From contig CAVPVX010000004.1 in NCBI GenBank assembly GCA_963709345.1, forward strand, positions 224,001 through 288,000: a DNA stretch of 64,000 nt, written 5' to 3'. A model generated the notes under the pieces. It was not told where the DNA came from. It saw nothing but the letters and a program-made list of their open reading frames with translations, and searched no databases. Made by a program: the position numbers and the translations under genes. The stretch's first letter is position 1. Each line of letters begins with the position of its first letter. Of the stretch, positions 12,211 through 21,771 are shown one piece after another. The DNA comes from an uncultured Actinomycetes bacterium (GTDB lineage: Bacteria; Actinomycetota; Thermoleophilia; UBA2241).

Positions 12211-13740
12211 TCACTTCTCGGTGAGCCACGCGCGCAAGCCGGCCTCGACCGCGTCGCGGCCGGGCTCCACCCGGGCGTCGAAGCGGCGCGGTCGCTCGCG
12301 AACGGCTTGGAGTTGCGGGGGCACGGTCGCTCCGGGCGCCAGCCGCGTGACCTCGTCGAGCAGATCGAGGTCGTGGGCGCCGCCGGGCACAGGCGCGCCG
12401 GCGGGCACGCCGGTGAGGCCGCGGACGACGTCGGCGGCGAACTTGCTCCAATGCGCGGTGCTCACGATGAGCACAGGGGCGTCGCCGCCCAGCCGGTCCG
12501 CGGCCTCCCACGCGACGGCCGTGTGCGGGTCGAGCAGGTATCCCTGCTCGCGCTGCACGCGGCCGATCGTGCGCAGGCAGGTTTCGTTGTCGATCCACGT
12601 GCCGGTGAACCCCGCGCGCAGCTTCTCGCGGGTTTCATCGTCGACGGCGAAGCGTCCGCCGGTCTTGAGCTCGCGCATCCAGGTGGCGATGAGCTCGGCG
12701 TCCTCGCAGAGGTCGAACAGCAGGCGCTCCAGGTTGGACGAGATGAGGATGTCCATCGACGGCGACGGCGTCTTCACGAGCGATCGGGCGGAGATGTCGT
12801 AGACACCACTGGCGAGGAAGTCGAAGAGTACGTTGTTCGTGTTGCTGGCGCAGAGCAGCCTCCCGAGCGGTACGCCCATGCGCTTCGCGTAGTACGCGGC
12901 GAGGATGTTGCCGAAGTTGCCGGTGGGGACGCAGACGTCGAGCAGTTCCCCGGAGGTGACGACGCCGCCGCTCGTCAGGTCGGCGTACGCGCTCACGTAG
13001 TAGGCGATCTGCGGCATCAGCCGGCCCCAGTTGATGGAGTTGGCCGAGCTCAGTGAGAGCCGGTGGGCGCCGGCCAGTTCGGTGGCGAAGGCTTCGTCGT
13101 CAAAGACGGCCTTGACGGAGTTCTGGCAGTCGTCGAAGTCGCCGCCGAGGCGAAAGACGGTCAGGTTCTCGCCCGGTTGCGTGACCATTTGCAGTTCCTG
13201 CAGGGCGGAGACCCCGGCGTCGGGGTAGAAGACGCAGATCCTGGTGTGGGCGCGATCGGCGAAGCCGTTGAGCGCCGCGACCCCGGTGTCGCCGCTGGTC
13301 GCCACCAGGATCAGGAAGTCGAGGTCGGTGGCGCCCTTCGCGTGCGCCATCTCCAGCGCCTCGCTGAAGTACAGGGGCATGCACTGGAGCGCCATGTCCT
13401 TGAAGGCGAGGGTGGGGCCGTGCCACAACTCGAGCACGTGACGCCCTGGAGCGACGTCGCGTACCGGGGCGACTCGCGGGTCGTCGAAGTTCGAGCCGTA
13501 AGCCGCGGCGGCGATCTCGCGGGTGCGCCCGGCGGGCACGTCGAGGTCGAAGGCCTCGTAGACCGCCGCCGCGCGGGCGTGATACGGCAGCGCCGCCAAG
13601 GCGCGGATCCTGTCGAGCGAGAAATCCGGCAGGCGCTCCGGCACGAACAGGCCGCCGCCCGGCGCGATTCCTTCGAGGATCGCCTCGGTGTAGGTGCGCG
13701 GGCGTGAGGTCGCGCCGCGGGTGTCGCGGTACCGGATCAT
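12211..13740 (-). CDS. thrC: Threonine synthase
   Basis: GGLFVP, LELWHGPTLAFKDMALQ, ATSGDTG, SANSINWGRL, VPTGNFGN, SPSMDILISSNLERL, DPHTAVA. Confidence 0.95.
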   Translation of the reverse strand: MIRYRDTRGATSRPRTYTEAILEGIAPGGGLFVPERLPDFSLDRIRALAALPYHARAAAVYEAFDLDVPAGRTREIAAAAYGSNFDDPRVAPVRDVAPGRHVLELWHGPTLAFKDMALQCMPLYFSEALEMAHAKGATDLDFLILVATSGDTGVAALNGFADRAHTRICVFYPDAGVSALQELQMVTQPGENLTVFRLGGDFDDCQNSVKAVFDDEAFATELAGAHRLSLSSANSINWGRLMPQIAYYVSAYADLTSGGVVTSGELLDVCVPTGNFGNILAAYYAKRMGVPLGRLLCASNTNNVLFDFLASGVYDISARSLVKTPSPSMDILISSNLERLLFDLCEDAELIATWMRELKTGGRFAVDDETREKLRAGFTGTWIDNETCLRTIGRVQREQGYLLDPHTAVAWEAADRLGGDAPVLIVSTAHWSKFAADVVRGLTGVPAGAPVPGGAHDLDLLDEVTRLAPGATVPPQLQAVRERPRRFDARVEPGRDAVEAGLRAWLTEK

Positions 13741-13820
13741 TGCGTCCGGATTCTACAGGAACGGGCCGGGCGCGCGCTTGCCCGTCGCGGCCGGGAGCCG
13801 CTGCCGCGTGATGGAGGGAC

Positions 13821-13867
13821 TTGACATCCGCTAGCGATGCATTACGATATATCGTGTTACAACGCTA
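13821..13867 (+). promoter_or_regulatory. Housekeeping-type promoter overlapped by a palindromic PadR operator
   Basis: TTGACA (13821-13826), 16-nt spacer, TACGAT. Perfect ACGATATATCGT (13844-13855) sits within a 36-bp imperfect inverted repeat (13832-13867). Confidence 0.75.
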
Positions 13868-13881
13868 CAAGGAGAGAAGAG

Positions 13882-14607
13882 ATGTACTCACAATCCCATT
13901 CCCAGCGCTCCGCCGGCCGTCAGGGCCGCGGCGGCGCACCGCGCGGCGGCGACTCCGTCCCCGCGCGCTTCAAGTTCGGTGGCCGCGGCGGCGGCCAGGG
14001 CTCAGGTTCCGGGCCCGGCTCCGGTGGAGGCTCCGGCCCCGGTCGCAGTTCCGGCGGAGGCGCCGCCTCTGCCCCTGGCTCCGGCCACGGCCGCGGCCCC
14101 GGCGGAGGCTCCGGCCCCGGCCACCTGCACGCCCATCCTCACGGTCGCGGTCCGTGGTCGCGGGCCCGCCGGGGCGACGTCCGGGTCGCTGTGCTGTTGG
14201 CCCTGAGCGAAGAGCCCATGCACGGTTACCAGATCATGCAGCGGCTCGAGACGCGGAGCGGCGGCGCCTGGCGGCCGAGCCCCGGCTCCGTCTACCCGAC
14301 TCTCCAACTGCTGGAGGATCAGGGTCTCATCAAGGGCGAGGAGGCCGACGGACGGCGGGTGTTCGCGCTGACCGATGACGGCGCTGTGGAGGCGGCGTCG
14401 GTCAAGGAGCGCATCGGCGACTCGCCGTGGGGCGCCGAGGGCGGTGAGCAGGATCCGCGCTTCGCCCTGCGTCAGGCCGTGTTCCAGCTCGGGGCCGCGG
14501 CGAAGCAGGTCGGCAAAGCCGGCTCACCCGAGCTCGTGGAGAGCTCGCTGGAGATCCTGCGCGAAGCGCGCAAGCGCATCTACGCGCTGCTCGCCGAGGC
14601 GGAGTAG
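13882..14607 (+). CDS. PadR family transcriptional regulator with Gly/His-rich N-terminal tail
   Basis: RRGDVRVAVLLALSEEPMHGYQIM...WRPSPGSVYPTLQLLEDQGL...EARKRIYALLAE. Confidence 0.9.
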   Translation: MYSQSHSQRSAGRQGRGGAPRGGDSVPARFKFGGRGGGQGSGSGPGSGGGSGPGRSSGGGAASAPGSGHGRGPGGGSGPGHLHAHPHGRGPWSRARRGDVRVAVLLALSEEPMHGYQIMQRLETRSGGAWRPSPGSVYPTLQLLEDQGLIKGEEADGRRVFALTDDGAVEAASVKERIGDSPWGAEGGEQDPRFALRQAVFQLGAAAKQVGKAGSPELVESSLEILREARKRIYALLAEAE

Positions 14608-14633
14608 AGTCGAGCGAGTCGAGTCGGGTGTAG

Positions 14634-16523
14634 CTATCGGGTCTGCGCGAGCGACGGCGCCGGCTCTCTGTCGGCCGGCGCCGGCAGCAGGGCGATGCGC
14701 TGCGGGTCGAGGCCGCCGCGCGCGAGGGCGCGAGCCGCTTCGCGCGTCGGCGCATACGCTTCGTCGAGCCGTCCGTAGAACCACAGCTTGTACCGCAGTC
14801 GCAGCCGGCCGGAGAGGTCGGAGCGGCCGGCCGGCGCCTCGAGATCGCGAGGGTCGACGGCGCCGGTCAGCGGAAGATGCAGCAGCCGCGCTGCCGCCAC
14901 GGCGAGGAGGCCCTCGCCTCCCGACGAGTCGGTGTGCAGGGCGCTGAACCCTTCCTCTTCCAGGAAGTCGACGATCTCGACCACCGGCGGGACCAGGAAG
15001 CGAGGCCCGTCGCCGTTCGCCGACGGCCGCCACGCCACCGCGCGGAAGCCGATGGCGCCGGCAGCGGCGTCGCCGTCGGTCGTGCACGCGAGGAGTGTCA
15101 CGTCGATGTCCGGAGGATGCGCTGCGGTGCCGGCGTGACCGACCGTGGTTGGGCGCGTGGGCGGAGGCGCAGCGATGCCGCCCGCCGCCGGGCTCGCCGG
15201 TGCACCCTCGCGACCGTCCGAGCAGAGGACGGCGACCTTCTCCCGCAAGCTGTGGCGGCGCTCGCCGAGGAAGTAGGCGCGCAGCTGCTCCTGCGTGCGT
15301 CTGTCGCGGCTCTGGACGATCCACGCGATGTAGTACGGGAGTTCCAGGAAGCTGACCATGCCGACCGCGTAGATGCTCTGCAGCCGCCGCTTGAGACCCT
15401 GTCGTTCGGCCGGGTCGAGGAGCGGCTGCAGGTGCAGGCTCACGACGTCGTCGGCGAGGCGTTGCGCGACGGTGAAGAGGCGCCGGTTCAGCTCCTTGGC
15501 GTCGACCGCGTTGATCCCGTCGGCGTCGGCGACGAGGCTGCCGATCTCGCGCTCGAGGAGCGACTCCCACGACGGGCCTCGCGTGTCGCCGTCCCGGTAG
15601 AGGCCGGGGGCGATGCTGCGGACGCCGCGGATGGTCTTCTCGAGCACGGGGACGTCCCGGCCGATGCGGCCGAAGCCCTTGCGCAGCAGGCCGAGCGCGC
15701 GCTTTCTGGGCGCGGACTCGTCGAGGCGCAGGATCTGCCGGATGCGCCAGAACGAGGCGGCGTAGATGCTGTGCGCGAGCAGGCGGGCATCGCCGTCGGC
15801 GCCGCCGGGCTCGCAGTCGCCGACGGCCACGGCGCGGACGAAGCCGTCCGCCGTTCCGTCACCTCCGGCGCTGGTGAAGGCGCTCGCCGAGAACAGCCCG
15901 CTGTGGTCGTCCGAGCCGCCGGTGAGCGCCTTGCGCCAGGGAGTCTCGCCGAACGGCTCGATGCGCTGGCGCTCCGCCATCGCCCACAACTGGTCGGGGG
16001 TGAGCGCAGCTGCGATCGCCCGGAGGAGCCCGTTGCAGCGCGTCGTGCGGGAGCCGTTGCGACCCTCAAGGACGGAGAAGAGGAGCAGCATACGCTCGAC
16101 CGTGTCCGGCGTGATGTGGCCGGTCATGTCGAAGAGCGGGTGCGCGAGGTAGTGGGTGACGTCCGCCTCCCGCAGGCAAGCTACGAGGTCGTACACGGAC
16201 GCGCGTGCCTTGTCGGCCTCGGCGAACACCGCCTCGTCGATGCCGAGGGCGACGACGTGCACTCGTGCCCCGTCCTCCGGGAACCACGTGTCGAGCTCCG
16301 TGCTCAGGAAGGCGCCGGGAAGGTGGGCCACGGCCAGCGAGCCGGCCAACGTGTTGTGGTCGGTTATGGTGACGAAGTCCATCCCCCGGGCGCGCTGCGC
16401 CCGGTAGATCTCGAGCGGCTCCGTATAGGACTCGGCGCTGCGCAGCGCGCGAATGCCGGCGTTGGCCGAGGTCGCGGAGTACTTTGAGTGGACGTGGAGG
16501 TCGGCTCGATAAGGATGGCTCAC
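14634..16523 (-). CDS. PHP-domain protein fused to a partial GT4-like N-terminal domain
   Basis: ADLHVHSKYS, GMDFVTITDHNT, LAHPLF, EGRNG, TGGSDDHSG. The C-terminus resembles a GT4 N-domain only. Confidence 0.75.
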   Translation of the reverse strand: MSHPYRADLHVHSKYSATSANAGIRALRSAESYTEPLEIYRAQRARGMDFVTITDHNTLAGSLAVAHLPGAFLSTELDTWFPEDGARVHVVALGIDEAVFAEADKARASVYDLVACLREADVTHYLAHPLFDMTGHITPDTVERMLLLFSVLEGRNGSRTTRCNGLLRAIAAALTPDQLWAMAERQRIEPFGETPWRKALTGGSDDHSGLFSASAFTSAGGDGTADGFVRAVAVGDCEPGGADGDARLLAHSIYAASFWRIRQILRLDESAPRKRALGLLRKGFGRIGRDVPVLEKTIRGVRSIAPGLYRDGDTRGPSWESLLEREIGSLVADADGINAVDAKELNRRLFTVAQRLADDVVSLHLQPLLDPAERQGLKRRLQSIYAVGMVSFLELPYYIAWIVQSRDRRTQEQLRAYFLGERRHSLREKVAVLCSDGREGAPASPAAGGIAAPPPTRPTTVGHAGTAAHPPDIDVTLLACTTDGDAAAGAIGFRAVAWRPSANGDGPRFLVPPVVEIVDFLEEEGFSALHTDSSGGEGLLAVAAARLLHLPLTGAVDPRDLEAPAGRSDLSGRLRLRYKLWFYGRLDEAYAPTREAARALARGGLDPQRIALLPAPADREPAPSLAQTR

Positions 16524-16600
16524 GACTTCACTATACCGCGCGCGGACGCTTCTGGCCGCCGGCCTTTGTCTTTCGGCGCTGTTGCCGGTACTGTCTGCCC

Positions 16601-17131
16601 ATGAAGACCGTCCACCACGCAGTGCTGACCGCCGTCGGCGACGATCGCCCCGGGCTTGTGGACGAGGTGACCCGCTACATCACCGATCGTGGGGGCAACC
16701 TCGAAGACAGCCGCATGGTCAACCTGCGCGGGCAGTTTGCGATGATGCTGCTGATCGCGGGCAGCGACGAGACCATGGACCTGCTGAACGACGGCCTCGT
16801 CGCGCTGGGCCGCGAGAGCGGCGTCCACGCGGAGCTGCGCGCCGTCGGCGCCGGCGCCGAGCGGGAGCCGGCGCTTCCCTTCCGGCTGAACACCTGGGCG
16901 ATGGACCACCCGGGGCTGATGCAGTCGGTGGCGCACCTTCTCGGGGAGATGGGCGTGAACATCGAGAGCGCCGACTCCACGCTGCGCCCCGCGCCGTACA
17001 CCAACGCGCCGCTGTTCGAGATGGAACTGGTCGTCTCCGTGCCGGCCGCGACGCCGGTCGCCACGGTGCGCGAGTCGCTGGCGCGCCTGTGCGACGAGAT
17101 GAACATCGACTGGCGGCTCACGGCGCTCTGA
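16601..17131 (+). CDS. Double ACT-domain protein (GcvR-like)
   Basis: VLTAVGDDRPGLV...GGNLEDSRMVNLRGQFAMMLL; second ACT repeat DHPGLM...GVNIES. Confidence 0.85.
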   Translation: MKTVHHAVLTAVGDDRPGLVDEVTRYITDRGGNLEDSRMVNLRGQFAMMLLIAGSDETMDLLNDGLVALGRESGVHAELRAVGAGAEREPALPFRLNTWAMDHPGLMQSVAHLLGEMGVNIESADSTLRPAPYTNAPLFEMELVVSVPAATPVATVRESLARLCDEMNIDWRLTAL

Positions 17132-17190
17132 GCGGCGCTTCGGCTCCGTCGCGAGCGGACGGGGCGGGCCCGGGCCGCTTGCGCCGCCTC

Positions 17191-18882
17191 CTACTGTGCG
17201 AGCAGGCGTGCCGCCTCGTCGGCGGCGAAACTTGGCCAGGGCGCCGGCCGGCCGCGCTCCAGCGCGGCGACTCCGGCGCCCGGCTGCCCGACCTCGCCGA
17301 TCTCCCGCGCCTCGATGCCACCGTCTCGCAGGGCCTCCAGAAGCCGGAGAACGCCGTCCGGCGCGCAGCAGATCAGTAGGCTGCCGGAGGCGATGAGCCC
17401 CAGAGGGTCCGCCTCGAGCAGGTCGCAGACACGGCGGGTCAGCGGCGCGACCGGGATCGTGTCGCGGTGCACGACGACGCCGTGCAGGGTCGCCGCGGCG
17501 AGCTCGCGCAGCGCCGTGGCGAGCCCTCCCTCGGTGACGTCGTGCATGGCCCGTACGGCGTCGAAGCCGGCGGCGATACCGGCTTCCTTGAGGATGCTTG
17601 CCTCGGGCAGGAGCGCGCGGCAGGCGTCCAGCTCGGCGCCCGTCATGCCGAGGGTGAGGAGGCGCTGCTCCAGCTCGTCGGCCAGTAGCGCCGTTCCTTC
17701 CATCGCCAGCGCCTTCGTCAGCACGATCCGGTCGCGCGGGCGTACGGAGCGCTTGTCGCGCAGTCCGGCGCGGGGCAGCGTCCCGAGCATCGTCAGCGAG
17801 ATGACGGGCCGGACGACGGCGGTGGAGACCTCGGTGTGGCCGCCGGCCACGACGATGTGATTCCGAGCCGCCGCCGCGGCGATATCGTGGAGTGTCGCCA
17901 GCGCCTCCGAGGGAGTGGCGCCGAGCGGCAGGAGCACCGTCGCGAACATCCAGCGAGGCTTCCCTCCCGACGTCGCGATGTCGTTGGAGTTCACCAGCAC
18001 GGCGGAACGCCCGAGCTCGCTGCCGCCGAGGGTGATGGGGTCGCCGTGGGCGACCATGACCTCGGCGCCCTCCAGGTCGAGCGCGGCGACGTCCTGGCCC
18101 ACCCCCGGTGGCACGAGAAGCGCGGGATCGTCGGCGGCCAGGGAGTCAAGGTAGCCGCCGAGGAGGTCGTTGGGCAGCTTGCCGGCGGCGAGCGGCAGAC
18201 CGAGGCGGACGACGTCGTGCAGTTGATCCAGCCGTGACACCACGAAGTCGCAGTCTGGTCCGTCGCCGCACGTGAGCTCGTCGACATCCGCGACCTCGCC
18301 CCGCGCGGCGGAGCCCCCGGCGTCGGCGGCGTTCGTCAGATAGACGGTGACGGCTCCCGCGGCCCGGCCGGCCTGCATGTCGAGCAGGTAGTCGCCCACG
18401 ACGAGCGTCTCGCCGGGCGCGGCGCCCATCACCTGCGCGGCGTGGAGGACTCCGTCCGCCGCCGGCTTCGGCGCGAGCCCGTCATCGCGGGTCACGACGA
18501 CATCGAAGTCGCTCAGCGACACGGTGGTGAATCGGCTCAGGGACTCCTCGACCGCAGGCCGGCCGTTGCGGGTGAGGATGCCCATCGGCAGGCCGAGGGC
18601 GCGCAGGCGGCCGATGACTCTCTCAGCGCAGTCGTTCGGCGCCGCCGTGCGCGCGCCGGCCAGCTCGAAGCGCTCGAGGGCGGCGAAGGCGTCATCGCGC
18701 CGCCGCCCCGACGGCAGAGCCTGGATCCATTCGAGGACGAAGTCGCCGGGTGGGCAGCCGATCTCGTGTTTGAAGGCCGCGAAGTCGAGCGCGTCCGGCC
18801 GCGTGAGTGTCCCATCGAAGTCGAAGAGCACGGCCCGAAGCCGGAAGGGCCGCGGGCCGCCGCGGGACGAGGGGACGGGCAT
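17191..18882 (-). CDS. HAD phosphatase fused to an AIR synthase-related (HypE/ThiL-like) domain
   Basis: HAD: FDFDGTL, LTRN, PKPAAD, VGDYLLD. AIRS: GKLP, DPIT, NSNDIATSGG, GGHTE, MHDVTEGGL, DPLGLIASGSLL. Confidence 0.85.
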   Translation of the reverse strand: MPVPSSRGGPRPFRLRAVLFDFDGTLTRPDALDFAAFKHEIGCPPGDFVLEWIQALPSGRRRDDAFAALERFELAGARTAAPNDCAERVIGRLRALGLPMGILTRNGRPAVEESLSRFTTVSLSDFDVVVTRDDGLAPKPAADGVLHAAQVMGAAPGETLVVGDYLLDMQAGRAAGAVTVYLTNAADAGGSAARGEVADVDELTCGDGPDCDFVVSRLDQLHDVVRLGLPLAAGKLPNDLLGGYLDSLAADDPALLVPPGVGQDVAALDLEGAEVMVAHGDPITLGGSELGRSAVLVNSNDIATSGGKPRWMFATVLLPLGATPSEALATLHDIAAAAARNHIVVAGGHTEVSTAVVRPVISLTMLGTLPRAGLRDKRSVRPRDRIVLTKALAMEGTALLADELEQRLLTLGMTGAELDACRALLPEASILKEAGIAAGFDAVRAMHDVTEGGLATALRELAAATLHGVVVHRDTIPVAPLTRRVCDLLEADPLGLIASGSLLICCAPDGVLRLLEALRDGGIEAREIGEVGQPGAGVAALERGRPAPWPSFAADEAARLLAQ

Positions 18883-18898
18883 GTCGTCGCCCAACCCT

Positions 18899-20353
18899 CT
18901 ACTCGGCGAAGGCCTTGATGCAGACGTTGGCGTTCGGGGCGTTGTGGAGGAGACTTCTCCAGGTGGCGCCGTCGTGGCTCATGTAGCTCTCCCCCTGCCG
19001 CGCCGTCGCCCCCTTCTGCCAGGCGGCCGCGGGTCGCTCCACGGCCAGGGGGTGGGTCTCACCTGGGGAGTCCAGCTTGACCACGACCACGAACTGCTTG
19101 CCGCGGCGGGCTCGGAGCGCGGTGTCGAACTTCGTGGTGGTGTAGCCGGGGAGGGGAGTGACGCCGGTCGCGCGGAGCCTGAGGGAGCTGAACCGGCGGC
19201 CCGCCCAGACCTCGTAGCCGGTGTTGGCCGCGAGCGTGTAGAAGGCTGCGGCGACGATGGGCTCGTTCGCCTTCGCCGTGAAGCGGTTTGCGCCCCAGAC
19301 CCGACTGTCGCCGTAGCCCCAGTGGTCGGTGACCCCGAGCTTGTCGTGTTGGTAGTTGCGGCCGTAGTCACGCGTGCTGTTCACGACCGTGTAGGAAACG
19401 CAGCCGCCGTAGCCGCCGAGGTTCTGCTCGCGCGCGAATGAGGCGTCGTAGAAGGAGACCCAGAAGTTGCCTTCCTCACCGAAGGATGTGCCCCAGCTGT
19501 TGCGCACGAGGAAGGCCCCGTCGCCCGGCGGTGCGCCGTGGGCGCCGGTGAAGTGGGAGGCGGAGAAGGAGTCGTCCCATCCGACGATGTTGACCCCGTG
19601 GTTCTCACCGCGCTGATCGGGCAGGTAGTAGGCCGCGTGGTCGGCCGTGGAGCCCGCGGCCCCGTAGCCGTTGTAGGCGGCCATGCTCGAGTCCCAGTAC
19701 ATGCCCACGCTGAGCGCTCCGTTGTCGACGACCAGTTGCTTGACGAGGTCGTTGTCGAGAGGCCCGGTACGACCGGGGATCATCGCGACCCCCTGCACGT
19801 GCCTGCGCACGCGGCTCACCCTCGGCAGCGTCGGCGACGGATACGGGTCGTTGGCTTCGGTCACGGGGCCGGCCCAGCGGGCCAGGTACGCGATGGCCAT
19901 GAAGTCGTAGCCGCCCCAGTTGTAGCGCCAACTCCTCGAAGCGCCGAACCCGCTGCGCCCGACCATGTTGTCTTCGCTCAGGTCCCAGTTCCGCGTGGGG
20001 AGCAGCTTGGACTCGATGGCGGCGATGTTGGCGAAGGCCCAGCACGTGCCGTAGCTGCGCTGGTCTTTCACCTTGGTGACCCGACCCTGCTCGATGAGGC
20101 TGTAGGCTCCGGGCAGAGACGTCCTGGTCGTCCTGGCTCTGGCGATCGGGCCTACGTGCACGGCCACGGGGTTCGGCCTGCGGCCGAGCCCGGCCGTCAC
20201 GAGCGGATCGTGCAGCGCCTCGACGAAGGCGGGGTTCAGCTGTCCCGCCTCAGGCGCCGGCGAGGTCTCGGCCGCGCCGGCGGTCGCCGGCAGCGCGGCG
20301 ACGGCGAGGACGGCGAGTGAGGCCAGAAGCGCGACGGTGCTGCGAACTGTCAT
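18899..20353 (-). CDS. Secreted C1A (papain-family) cysteine protease with C-terminal lectin-like domain
   Basis: Signal peptide; VKDQRSYGTCWAFA (Gln and catalytic Cys), NHGVNIVGWDD (His), VRNSWG (Asn); C-terminal NVCIKAF. Confidence 0.9.
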   Translation of the reverse strand: MTVRSTVALLASLAVLAVAALPATAGAAETSPAPEAGQLNPAFVEALHDPLVTAGLGRRPNPVAVHVGPIARARTTRTSLPGAYSLIEQGRVTKVKDQRSYGTCWAFANIAAIESKLLPTRNWDLSEDNMVGRSGFGASRSWRYNWGGYDFMAIAYLARWAGPVTEANDPYPSPTLPRVSRVRRHVQGVAMIPGRTGPLDNDLVKQLVVDNGALSVGMYWDSSMAAYNGYGAAGSTADHAAYYLPDQRGENHGVNIVGWDDSFSASHFTGAHGAPPGDGAFLVRNSWGTSFGEEGNFWVSFYDASFAREQNLGGYGGCVSYTVVNSTRDYGRNYQHDKLGVTDHWGYGDSRVWGANRFTAKANEPIVAAAFYTLAANTGYEVWAGRRFSSLRLRATGVTPLPGYTTTKFDTALRARRGKQFVVVVKLDSPGETHPLAVERPAAAWQKGATARQGESYMSHDGATWRSLLHNAPNANVCIKAFAE

Positions 20354-20659
20354 GGGGAACCCTCTTCGTCGTCGGTCGAGATCCGCGGGCCGGCCGCATG
20401 GCCACTGCGTGCGCCTGCCTCCAATGGTAGCGTCCGGGGCGTGCGACCGCACCCCTCCGGGCGCGTTTGCCGGCGCAGGCTCACTGCGCCGCGGCGGTCT
20501 CGCGCCCCGAAAAGGGCCGCCCTCGCCCTCGGCTCCGGGCCCAGAGCCCAGGCGCGCTGGGTTCCCATCCCTAGACGAAGGACTCAGTCTGACGATCCCG
20601 GGAGTGTCGATAATAGGTGTGATATCTCCACACGCGTCCCAGGGAACGGGGGCACCACC

Positions 20660-21643
20660 ATGAAGGCAATCGCGGCATCACCCGGCAGGTCGCAACGGGG
20701 CTTCTCGATGATCGAGTTGCTGATCGTCATCATCATCATCGGCATCCTCGCGGCCGTGGCCTTCCCCGTGTACGCGGCGCAGCGCGACAACGCCAAGGAC
20801 GCCGCCGCAAAGGAGGGTGTCCACATCATCCAGAACGGCGTCATGACCTACGCCGTCGACCATCACGGAGCGTACCCGTCCACCGAGTACGTCACGTACA
20901 CGCCGACCGACGAGTTCGCCGACAATCTCGGCAACACGTACCTGGACACCTGGCCGCGGAATCCGTGGACCGGCCAGCCCATGGCCAACACCGGCAGCAA
21001 CGTGCTCTTCAATACCGACTTCGACAACATGAGCGGGCTGACGCCGCTGCAGGGTGCCTGGAAGATCGTCGACGGGCAGCTCGTGGCTCCGGTCAGCGGC
21101 GGGCGCCTCGCGTTCGGTGATACGGGCTGGACAGACGTGCAGATCGACGTGAACGCGACTTTGGGCAGCGGACCCGGGTACGGCGTCTACTTCCGCTCCG
21201 ACGGCGCAGTGAACATCAGCGGCTACTGCTTCCAGTATGACCCCGGCCTCGGCAACAAGTTCGTCGTCCGCAAGGTCGTGGCGGGCAAGGAGTCGGCGCC
21301 GATCGCGTCCGCGTCCATGCCGGCCGGATTCACCATCTACGGCACGCCTCACGACGTCAGCATCTCTGCGGTCGGCGACCACATCGTGGCCAAGGTCGAC
21401 GGCAAGGTCGTCCTCGACTTCCGCGACAGCACCTTCACGAGCGGCAGCGCCGGGCTGCGTTCGTGGTACGGCACCACCGTGGGCTTCATCAGCGCCAAGG
21501 CGCTCGGCGGCAGCGGCGCCGCGGGCTCGGGTGACCCCAGCAAGGGCAACTTTGCCTACGCCTACGGGTCCGACAACACGAGCTACGGCCTCGTCGGCTG
21601 GCTCGCCGGCGACAAGGCTTTCGTGGTCCAAGGGCTGCAGTAG
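20660..21643 (+). CDS. Type IV pilin/pseudopilin with an inserted beta-rich (DUF1080/ConA-like) domain
   Basis: Prepilin site QRG|FSMIELLIVIIIIGILAAVAFP. WPRNPWTGQPM is followed by a beta-rich block (GAWKIVDG, WTDVQIDV, GYGVYFR, VDGKVVLDFRDSTFTSGSAGLR). Confidence 0.85.
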   Translation: MKAIAASPGRSQRGFSMIELLIVIIIIGILAAVAFPVYAAQRDNAKDAAAKEGVHIIQNGVMTYAVDHHGAYPSTEYVTYTPTDEFADNLGNTYLDTWPRNPWTGQPMANTGSNVLFNTDFDNMSGLTPLQGAWKIVDGQLVAPVSGGRLAFGDTGWTDVQIDVNATLGSGPGYGVYFRSDGAVNISGYCFQYDPGLGNKFVVRKVVAGKESAPIASASMPAGFTIYGTPHDVSISAVGDHIVAKVDGKVVLDFRDSTFTSGSAGLRSWYGTTVGFISAKALGGSGAAGSGDPSKGNFAYAYGSDNTSYGLVGWLAGDKAFVVQGLQ

Positions 21644-21735
21644 GTCTACCGCGCCGCCACCCGCGCGTACCTGCTCAATCTGAAGGAGCGCCGAGTGGAT
21701 TCCTGCTCGCTGTTCGTCATTGGGGCGCCGCGCTG

Positions 21736-21765
21736 TTGACTCCGTCGCAAGGCCGTGCCTAGTCT
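21736..21765 (+). promoter_or_regulatory. Promoter for a leaderless leader-peptide transcript
   Basis: TTGACT-N18-TAGTCT. The ATG at 21772 lies 6 nt after the -10, with no SD. Confidence 0.6.
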
Positions 21766-21771
21766 GCGGCC

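Noticed and set aside
13980-14120. Short GC-rich repeats as a CRISPR array or standalone repeat element
   Set aside because: They are degenerate in-frame Gly/Ser/Pro codon repeats within padR, with no constant repeat-spacer periodicity.
20426-20471. c-di-GMP-I riboswitch-like stretch on the minus strand (GGCAAAC-stem-GGTCGCA)
   Set aside because: The loop is not GNRA, the GCAAAG junction and tetraloop receptor are missing, and a likely -10 (TACCAT) lies at its 3' end. A cmsearch would be needed to rescue it.
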